From positions 37,884-101,883 of the forward strand of contig WGLX01000006.1 of NCBI GenBank assembly GCA_016125355.1: 64,000 nucleotides of DNA. Reading direction: 5' to 3'. The position numbers and the translations under genes were made by a program. Of this stretch, positions 56,590 through 64,000 are shown in pieces (position 1 is the first letter of the stretch; each line of letters opens with the position of its first letter). The notes under the pieces are model-generated. The model searched no databases. It had not been told where the DNA came from and saw only the letters and a program-made list of their open reading frames with translations. This DNA is from Actinomycetales bacterium. GTDB lineage: Bacteria; Actinomycetota; Actinomycetes; S36-B12.

Positions 56590-56955
56590 CTATGGCGCTG
56601 CCGAGGACGGAGGCTCGGCCTCCGTCGCGGCCGCCTCGGCCCTGAGGCGATCCACGCGCGAGCCGTTCTGGATGGCCAGCCACCACAGGACCACGAAGAT
56701 CCCGCCGATGACGAGCATGGCCCAGCCCACGACGATCGCGCTGGCCATGACGAGGAGCTGCAGGATCCACCCGACGGTCAGTCCCCGCCGGAAGCGCAGC
56801 GTCGCCGGCGCCAGGGCGAGCAGGAGCACGAGCAGCAGTCCGAGGGTCCAGGCGAGCGCCGTGTTCGACACCGACCCCGAGGACGTGGCGAGCGACGTCG
56901 CCAACAGCACGACGACGGCCTCCATGGCGAGCACGGACGAGCACAGCACCCTCAT
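56590..56955 (-). CDS. DUF4233-like small membrane protein
   Basis: Four-TM protein between folC and ndk, as in other actinobacteria. The start overlaps the folC stop. Confidence 0.65.
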   Translation of the reverse strand: MRVLCSSVLAMEAVVVLLATSLATSSGSVSNTALAWTLGLLLVLLLALAPATLRFRRGLTVGWILQLLVMASAIVVGWAMLVIGGIFVVLWWLAIQNGSRVDRLRAEAAATEAEPPSSAAP

Positions 56956-58298
56956 GCGTCGTCTCCCGACAGTGCCCGACGTGCCTCGCCGACGAGCACG
57001 ACCGAGCCGGTGACAAGCACGCCGCCGGCTCCGTAGGCGCCGCTCTCCTCGGCCAGCTGGAGGGCGCGATCGAGGGCGTCCGCGAACTCCGGCTCGACGA
57101 AGACGCGGTCGTCGCTGAACACCTCCGATGCGAGCACGGCGAGGGCATCGACCGGCATCGCTCGCGGTGACGTGGGCTGCGTCACGACGATGCGGTCGAG
57201 GGCGGGCTCGAGCGCCTCGAGGATCCCGAGCGCGTCCTTGTCGGACAGCACGCCCACGACGCCGACCAGCGATGCGAAGTCGAACGAGTCGGCCAGCGCA
57301 GCGGCGAGCGTGCGCGCGCCGTGCGGATTGTGGGCGGCGTCGACGACGACGGTCGGGCCCCGCCTCAGCACCTCCAGCCGTCCTGGCGAGGTCACGGACG
57401 CGAAGCCCTGTCGGACGAGGTCAGCGTCCAGCGGGCCCACCCCACCGAGGAACGCCTCGGTCGCGGCCAGGGCCACGGCCGCGTTGTGCGCCTGATGCTC
57501 GCCGAACAGCGGGAGGAACAGCTCGTCGTACTCGGCTGACAGTCCCTTGACCGTCAGCATCTGGCCGCCCACCGCGAGCGCACGTGCCACCACCCCGAAC
57601 TCGATGCCCTCCCGCGCAACGGCGGCATCCACCTCGGCGATGCGCTCCAGCAGCACCTCGGCGACATCGACGTCCTGCTGCGCGAGCACCGCCACGGAGC
57701 CCGGCTTGATGATGCCGCCCTTCTCCCGGGCGATGTCCGAGAGGGAATCCCCGAGGTACTCGCGATGGTCGAGGCCCACCGGGGTGACGACCGCGACGGC
57801 GCCGTCCGCCACGTTCGTCGAGTCCCAGCCTCCGCCCAGGCCGACCTCGATGACGGCCACATCGACGGGTGCGTCGGAGAAGGCCACGAACGCCATGGCG
57901 GTCAGCACCTCGAAGTAGGAGAGCACCGGGCCGCCCTCTGCCGTGGACCGCTCGTCGACGATGGCGACGTAGGGCGCGATCTCCTCCCAGACGTCGAGCA
58001 GCCGCTCGGCGCTGATGGGCTCGCCGTCGAGGCAGATCCGCTCGCGGGCGTCCACCAGGTGCGGGGACGTGAACAACCCCGTGCGGAGCCCGAACGCGCG
58101 CATCAGGGACTCGATCATGCGAGCCGTCGAGCTCTTGCCATTCGTCCCGGTCACGTGGATCACCGGGAAGGCGTGCTGCGGGTCGCCGAGCAGCTCGGTC
58201 AGCGCGGAGATGCGCGCAAGTGAGGGCTCGATGACGTTCTCCGGCCAGCGCTGCTCCAAGCTGCGGAAGAGCTCATGTGCGTCGGGCCGATCTGACAT
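56952..58298 (-). CDS. folC: Bifunctional folylpolyglutamate synthase / dihydrofolate synthase
   Basis: HVTGTNGKSST P-loop in a Mur-ligase family architecture. Confidence 0.9.
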   Translation of the reverse strand: MSDRPDAHELFRSLEQRWPENVIEPSLARISALTELLGDPQHAFPVIHVTGTNGKSSTARMIESLMRAFGLRTGLFTSPHLVDARERICLDGEPISAERLLDVWEEIAPYVAIVDERSTAEGGPVLSYFEVLTAMAFVAFSDAPVDVAVIEVGLGGGWDSTNVADGAVAVVTPVGLDHREYLGDSLSDIAREKGGIIKPGSVAVLAQQDVDVAEVLLERIAEVDAAVAREGIEFGVVARALAVGGQMLTVKGLSAEYDELFLPLFGEHQAHNAAVALAATEAFLGGVGPLDADLVRQGFASVTSPGRLEVLRRGPTVVVDAAHNPHGARTLAAALADSFDFASLVGVVGVLSDKDALGILEALEPALDRIVVTQPTSPRAMPVDALAVLASEVFSDDRVFVEPEFADALDRALQLAEESGAYGAGGVLVTGSVVLVGEARRALSGDDA

Positions 58299-58370
58299 GA
58301 CGGCGAGTGTAGGGGGCCGTGGTCCAGTAGCCTCCTCATCATCAGATCGCCAGGCTGGGAGGGGGATCCG

Positions 58371-60935
58371 GTGCCAGACCTTGCGGCGCGACTTTCCGCC
58401 TCGTGGGAGAACTACCGCATCCTCGCCGACAACTCGACGGACGTGGTCCTCGAGGCCGACCCGTCCACGCGCATCATCTGGGCCTCACCTTCGGTCGTCG
58501 AGGTGCTCGGATGGCGGCCTGACGAACTGATCGGGCGGACGGCGAGCGACCTCGTCCATCCCGACGACATGGACGTCGTTCGCGAGCATGCGTCCGACAT
58601 GAACGCCGTCGGGTCCCCGGACGAAGTGGCCGGCGCCGGGCGCCGCAACCACCTCCGGATCGCCACCGCGGACGGTGGCTACCGATGGCTGACCTATCGC
58701 GCCCGCCCGGTCCTCGACGAGAAAGGCGGCATCCTTCGCCACCTGCTCACCTTCAAGGACACCTCGGAGCGGGATGCGGCGCTGCGTGCGCTCTCGGTCC
58801 TCACCGAGGCGAACCGCGTGATCGCCTTCGCCCAGGACGAGCAGGGCCTGCTCGACGCGATGTGCGAGTCGATGGTGACGACCGGGCAGTACCCCCTGGT
58901 GTGGTTCGGTGAGCCGGCCCACGACGAGGGCAGGGCCGTGATCGTGCGCGCCATCGCAGGCGATGCGCGCGCCTACGCGGAGGGCGTGAGCGTCTCCTGG
59001 GGCGACGGGCCGGCTGGCCAGGGCCCCACGGGTCGTTGCCTGCGCAGGGGGGAGACCACCACCGTCGACGACGTCGAGTCGGACGCCCGCTTCGCCCCCT
59101 GGCGCGAGCGCGCGCTCGCCCATGGACTCCACAGCTCGATCGCCCTTCCGGTCATGGTCGCCGGCCGCCTCCAGGGCGCTCTGATGGTCTACTTCGGTCA
59201 GCCACGAGGCTTCGACGCCGAGGCACGACGCCTGCTCGAGACCCTTGCCTCCGACCTCGGCCTCGGCCTTGAGCGACTGCAGAGCGCCCGCCTGCTCGAC
59301 GAGCAGACCCGTCGCCTGGCCGAGAGTGAGGCCCGGTATCGGCTGCTGGCCGAGCACTCGTCCGACGTCGTGCTGCAGGCCCCAGCCGGCGGCGAGATCG
59401 AGTGGGCTTCGGAATCGTGCCGAGCGGTCCTCGGCTGGGATCCCGACGCGATCGTCGGCAAGGGCTTCGAACTCGTCCATCCCGATGACGTCGAGACCGC
59501 GCGCAGCGGGCTGCGTGCTGTCTCGCGCGGCCTGGAGGCCGACGGTGAGATCCGCGTCGCGTGCGCCGACGGCTCGATCAAGTGGATGCGCTACCGGGTC
59601 CAACGCGTGGCCTCGCCGGACGGGGATCTCGACGTCTTCTCCCTCAAGGACATCGATCGCGAGGTCCGCGCCCGCCAGCAGCTCGACTTCGCCCTAGGCC
59701 ACGACCCCCTGACGGGCATGTCGGCCCGGCCCACGATGCAGCAGCGACTGGCCGACATCCTGAGGCGGCTCAAGCCGCGCGAGCGGGCTGCCGTCGTCTG
59801 CCTCAGCATCGACCGGCTCTCGGAGATCAACGAGGCCTACACCCACAGCGCCGGCGACCTCGTCCTCACGAATCTGGCCACGCGGCTCATCGAGACGATC
59901 GGCCATCCGGACCGCGTCGGACGCGGCACCGGCGTGGAGTTCCTGATCCTCGTGCCCCAGCTCGCGGAGGGCGAAGTGGCGGCCCAGTTGTCGGAGCGCC
60001 TGCTCGAGGTCGTGCGCCAGCCGTTCTACCTCGGCGAGACCCGCATCGACGCCAGCGCCAGCATCGGAATCGCCCTCGGCGAGAGCGGCGATGACCCCGA
60101 GCGGCTCATCCGAGACGCCAGCGCCGCGATGGGTCGGGCCAAGGCGGAGGGTCGGGACCGGTTCACCTTCGCGGACGCCACGCTCACCGAGCAGGCTCGT
60201 CATCGTCTGCAGGTCGAGCAGCGCATCAAGCTGTACCTGGAGGAGGGGCGGTTCGTCGCGCACTTCCAGCCCATTGTCGACCTGGCCACAGGGGAGGTAT
60301 AGGGCTACGAGGCGCTCGTTCGAGGCATCCGCGAAGGGGACCGCCCGTTCGTGACGCCCGCCGAGTTCCTGCCCATCGCGGAGACCGGCGGGCTCATCTG
60401 CGACATCGACCTCGTCGTCGTCCGCGCGGGGCTGCAGACGCTGGCCTCGCTGCCGTCGCCGCTGACCGTCTCGCTGAACATCTCCACCCCGACGCTGACG
60501 CGGCCCGGCTACCTCGAGCAGATCCGCGGCCTGGTGCGCGCGTCGGGAGTCCGCCCGTCGCGGCTGCACCTGGAGGTGACCGAGACGTCCCTGCTGGGTG
60601 AGTCGAACGCGATCACGTCGGGCATGAGCTCGTTGGCGGAGATGGGGGCGCGCTGGTATGTCGACGACTTCGGCACCGGCTACTCCTCGATCGCCCACCT
60701 GCGCGACCTGCCGATCTCGGGGCTCAAGCTCGACGTCAGCTTCTCCCGCGGCATCCGGGAGGGGCACACGAAGAGCGTCCGGCTGGCGAATGCCCTCGTC
60801 GGGATGGCGCGCGGCCTGGGGCTCGACACCGTGGCGGAGGGCATCGAGACCGACGTCGAGGCCGAGATCCTCCTCGGCCAGGGCTGGCGCCACGGCCAGG
60901 GCTACCTCTACGGCAGGGCCGAGCCGCTCGACTGA
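58371..60935 (+). pseudogene. PAS-GAF-PAS-GGDEF(degenerate)-EAL signalling protein interrupted by an in-frame TAG at 60300-60302
   Basis: ORFs 58371-60302 and 60351-60935 are in the same frame. Read through the stop, the sequence is ...FQPIVDLATGEV*GYEALVRGI..., one continuous EAL domain, with DDFGTGYSS and EGIET following. The GGDEF position reads RGTGVEF. Confidence 0.75.
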
Positions 60936-60961
60936 CGGGCGTGACCGCGTACGGTGTCGCC

Positions 60962-61510
60962 ATGGGCAAGGTTCTCGACGGCATCGACGCATCCCTCGCC
61001 ACCTGGCTGCAGGCGCAGCCGGTGTTCTTCGTGGCGACCGCCCCGCTGGCCGAGGACGGCCATGTGAACTGCTCCCCGAAGGGCCTCGACGGGAGCTTCA
61101 GCGTCCTCGACGACCACACCGTGGCGTATCTGGACCTGACCGGCAGCGGCGTGGAGACGATCGCGCACCTTCGCGAGAACGGCCGCATCGTGCTGATGTT
61201 CTGCGCCTTCGAGAAGCGGCCGCGCATCATCCGGCTGCACGGCCGTGGACGGGTGCTGGTCGCCGGTGACGCTGAGTTCGACGAGCTCCTGCCGCGATTC
61301 GCCGAGCGCCTCGGCACCCGCTCCATCATCGTGGTCGACGTCGAGCGGGTGGCCGACTCCTGCGGCTACGGGGTACCCGCCATGGCCTTCGAGCACGATC
61401 GCGACGTCCTGCTGCTCGATCACGCCAAACGCGGGCCCGAGGGGCTCGCGGAGTACCACCGCACCCGGAACGCCCAGAGCATCGACGCCCTGCCCGGCTT
61501 CCCGGTCTGA
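60962..61510 (+). CDS. Pyridoxamine 5'-phosphate oxidase family (FMN-binding split-barrel) protein
   Basis: ...PVFFVATAP...GHVNCSPKG...[27 protein letters not shown].... The start was trimmed to the ATG at 60962. Confidence 0.65.
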   Translation: MGKVLDGIDASLATWLQAQPVFFVATAPLAEDGHVNCSPKGLDGSFSVLDDHTVAYLDLTGSGVETIAHLRENGRIVLMFCAFEKRPRIIRLHGRGRVLVAGDAEFDELLPRFAERLGTRSIIVVDVERVADSCGYGVPAMAFEHDRDVLLLDHAKRGPEGLAEYHRTRNAQSIDALPGFPV

Positions 61511-61562
61511 GCGACAGACGGGCGGGCGGGTGCGTTCCGCCCGGCCAATAGGATTCACCCCC

Positions 61563-64000
61563 ATGAGCGCGTACTCCCTGCCGGACAAGCCCACCCTCGA
61601 TGGCATCGAGGCGGCGTGGGCGCAGGTATGGGAGGAGCAGGGCACCTACCGCTTCGATCGCAGCAAGTCCCGCAGCGAGATCTACTCGATCGACACGCCA
61701 CCGCCCACGGTCAGCGGCTCGCTCCACGTCGGTCACGTCTTCTCGTACACCCACACGGACTGCATCGCCCGCTACAAGCGCATGCGCGGCTTCGAGGTGT
61801 TCTACCCGATGGGCTGGGACGACAACGGGCTGCCGACCGAGCGCCGCGTGCAGAACTACTACGGCGTGCGCTGCGACCCGAGCCTGCCCTACGACCCCGA
61901 CTTCACCCCGCCCGAGGAGCCTGACGCCAAGCACCAGCTGCCGATCAGCCGCAAGAACTTCGTCGAGCTGTGCGAGCGGCTGACGGCCGAGGACGAGGTC
62001 GCCTTCGAGGAGCTCTGGCGGCGGATGGGCCTGTCCGTCGACTGGTCGCAGACGTACCAGACGATCGACGCGAACGCCCAGCGCGCCAGCCAGCTCGCCT
62101 TCCTGCGCAACCTCGCGCGCGGCGAGGCCTACCAGTCCGAGGCTCCCACCCTGTGGGACGTCACCTTCCGCACCGCCGTGGCCCAGGCCGAGCTCGAGGA
62201 CCGCGAGCGCCCCGGCGCCTACCACCGCATCGGCTTCCCGACTGCCGACGACCGCGACGTCGTGGTGCACATCGAGACGACCCGCCCGGAGCTCCTGGCC
62301 GCCTGCGTGGCGCTGGTGGCGCACCCGGATGACGAGCGCTACCAGCCGCTGTTCGGCAAGACGGTGGTCACCCCGGCGTTCGGCGTCGAGGTCCCGGTCG
62401 TGGCCCATCGCCTCGCGGATCCCGAGAAGGGGTCCGGCATCGCCATGATCTGCACCTTCGGCGACGTCAACGACGTCACCTGGTGGCGAGAGTTGCAGCT
62501 GCCCACGCGGCCGATCATCGGCTGGGACGGACGCATCACGGGCGAGACCCCGGAGTGGATCACCGACGAGCAGGGCATCGCGCATTACCAGCAGATCGCC
62601 GGCGCAACGAGCCACACGGCCAAGGAGCGCATGGTCGAGATCCTGCGAGAGACCGGCTTCCTCGAGGGTGAGCCCAAGCCGATCACACACCCGGTGAAGT
62701 TCTTCGAGAAGGGCGACAAGCCCCTCGAGATCGTCACCACGCGCCAGTGGTACATCACCAACGGCGGACGCGAGCCTGGCCTGCGACAGCAGCTGGTGGA
62801 GCGCGGCCGCGAACTGAACTGGCACCCGCCGCACATGCAGGTCCGCTACGAGAACTGGGTCGAGGGCCTCAACGGCGACTGGCTGATCTCCCGCCAGCGC
62901 TTCTTCGGCGTGCCGCTGCCGCTGTGGTACCCGCTGGACGACGACGGCAACCCGGTCTACGACTCCCCCATCGTCCCGGCCGAGGAGACCCTGCCGATCG
63001 ACCCGAGCAGCGATGCGCCCCCCGGCTACACCGAGGACCAGCGCGGCGTGCCGGGCGGCTTCATGGGCGATCCCGACGTCATGGACACCTGGGCGACGTC
63101 CTCCCTCAGCCCGCAGATCGCCGGCGGGTGGGAGCGCGACCCCGACCTGTGGGAGCGGGTGTTCCCGATGGACCTGCGCCCGCAGGCCCACGAGATCATC
63201 CGCACCTGGCTGTTCTCGAGCGTGGTCCGCGCCCACCTGGAGGAGGGCTGCCTCCCGTGGTCCGATGCGGCCATCTCGGGATGGATCCTCGACCCCGACC
63301 GCAAGAAGATGAGCAAGTCCAAGGGCAACGTGGTCACCCCCATGGCCCTGCTGGACGAGTACTCCTCCGACGCCGTCCGATACTGGGCGGCCTCGGGTCG
63401 GCCCGGAACCGACACTGCCTTCGACATCGGCCAGATGAAGATCGGTCGCCGACTCGCGATCAAGCTGCTCAATGCCAGCAAGTTCGCGCTGAACCTCGAC
63501 GCGCGTGAGGACGACGCCGCCATCACCGATCCGCTCGACCGCGCACTCCTCGCGCGGTTGGCGCAGGTCGTCGAGCAGGCCACGGCGGCGTTCGAGGACT
63601 ACAACTACACGCGCGCGCTCGAGCTCGCCGAGACCTTCTTCTGGAACTTCACCGACGACTACGTGGAGTTGGTGAAGGACCGCGCCTACGGCGGGCAGGG
63701 GGAGGCCGGCGCCGCGTCGGCCAAGGCCACCCTCGCCGCGGCACTCAGCGTGCAGCTGCGCCTGTTCGCCCCGTTCCTGCCCTTCACCACCGAGGAGGTC
63801 TGGTCGTGGTGGCAGGAGGGCTCGATCCACCGCCAGTCCTGGCCGGACGCCGCCGCAGTGGCGGCGGTCGCCGCGGACGGCGACGCGGCCCTGATCGACG
63901 ACGTCGCGGAGGTCCTGACGGTCATCCGCAAGGCGAAGTCGGAGGCCAAGGCGTCGATGCGCGCCGAGATCACGCGGGCGCAGGTCTCCGCTCCCGATAC
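61563..64000 (+). CDS. valS: Valine--tRNA ligase, 5' part; the gene continues beyond the window
   Basis: The frame is open from the ATG at 61563 to the window end, so it is absent from the ORF track. Motifs: [13 protein letters not shown] (HIGH) and KMSKSKGN (KMSKS, about 63306). The 834-aa minus-strand ORF here is its antisense shadow. Confidence 0.9.
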   Translation, partial: MSAYSLPDKPTLDGIEAAWAQVWEEQGTYRFDRSKSRSEIYSIDTPPPTVSGSLHVGHVFSYTHTDCIARYKRMRGFEVFYPMGWDDNGLPTERRVQNYYGVRCDPSLPYDPDFTPPEEPDAKHQLPISRKNFVELCERLTAEDEVAFEELWRRMGLSVDWSQTYQTIDANAQRASQLAFLRNLARGEAYQSEAPTLWDVTFRTAVAQAELEDRERPGAYHRIGFPTADDRDVVVHIETTRPELLAACVALVAHPDDERYQPLFGKTVVTPAFGVEVPVVAHRLADPEKGSGIAMICTFGDVNDVTWWRELQLPTRPIIGWDGRITGETPEWITDEQGIAHYQQIAGATSHTAKERMVEILRETGFLEGEPKPITHPVKFFEKGDKPLEIVTTRQWYITNGGREPGLRQQLVERGRELNWHPPHMQVRYENWVEGLNGDWLISRQRFFGVPLPLWYPLDDDGNPVYDSPIVPAEETLPIDPSSDAPPGYTEDQRGVPGGFMGDPDVMDTWATSSLSPQIAGGWERDPDLWERVFPMDLRPQAHEIIRTWLFSSVVRAHLEEGCLPWSDAAISGWILDPDRKKMSKSKGNVVTPMALLDEYSSDAVRYWAASGRPGTDTAFDIGQMKIGRRLAIKLLNASKFALNLDAREDDAAITDPLDRALLARLAQVVEQATAAFEDYNYTRALELAETFFWNFTDDYVELVKDRAYGGQGEAGAASAKATLAAALSVQLRLFAPFLPFTTEEVWSWWQEGSIHRQSWPDAAAVAAVAADGDAALIDDVAEVLTVIRKAKSEAKASMRAEITRAQVSAPD

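Noticed and set aside
61326-63830. 834-aa ORF on the minus strand
   Set aside because: It is antisense to valS, whose plus-strand frame carries clear HIGH and KMSKS motifs. The minus-strand product is Arg/Gly/Asp/Leu-rich with no motifs, a typical high-GC shadow ORF.
1-64000. CRISPR arrays, cas genes, restriction-modification, toxin-antitoxin or other recognisable defence modules
   Set aside because: No regularly spaced direct repeats were found, and the only recurrent short repeat is the inverted 21-mer of the MITE-like element. No product shows nuclease, ATPase or methylase motifs outside the housekeeping genes listed.

Overview
This is a high-GC (roughly 70%) actinobacterial chromosomal segment, and most of it is conserved housekeeping synteny. 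In order: the tail of a metal ABC transporter plus zur; uppS-recO; the era-ybeY-phoH block; HIT-rsmE-dnaJ-hrcA with a CIRCE operator; hemW-lepA; rpsT; holA; comEC-comEA; plsY-degV; leuS; rsfS-nadD; proA-proB-obg-rpmA-rplU; rne with a radical-SAM pair; rodA-mrdA-mreDCB; ndk-folC; and the 5' part of valS. Many long ORFs in the supplied track are antisense or frame-shifted shadows typical of high-GC DNA, so I trimmed or rejected them.

The accessory content sits in a few pockets.

1. **Surface-protein locus, 28.4-34.4 kb, next to tRNA-Ala(GGC).** It encodes two paralogous IPT/TIG-repeat surface proteins, an EamA transporter and a small repeat-bearing membrane protein. The larger protein (about 823 aa) starts with what looks like a textbook Flp/Tad type IVb prepilin leader (RG|VTLVEYG plus a hydrophobic helix), fused to IPT/TIG and FN3-like modules. 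No Tad machinery is present in the window. This is my best candidate for something undescribed.

2. **Inverted-repeat element family.** A MITE/REP-like element with perfect 21-bp terminal inverted repeats (ACGAGTTGAACCGCTTCCCGG) occurs at three intergenic sites, four copies in total.

3. **Interrupted c-di-GMP protein.** A PAS-GAF-PAS-GGDEF-EAL gene carries an in-frame TAG one codon before the EAL motif.

4. **Smaller insertions** into conserved operons: EamA, GNAT, PadR and MFS/YcaQ.

I saw no CRISPR array, integrase, transposase or recognisable defence or toxin-antitoxin genes. All domain calls come from reading motifs by eye; no searches were run.
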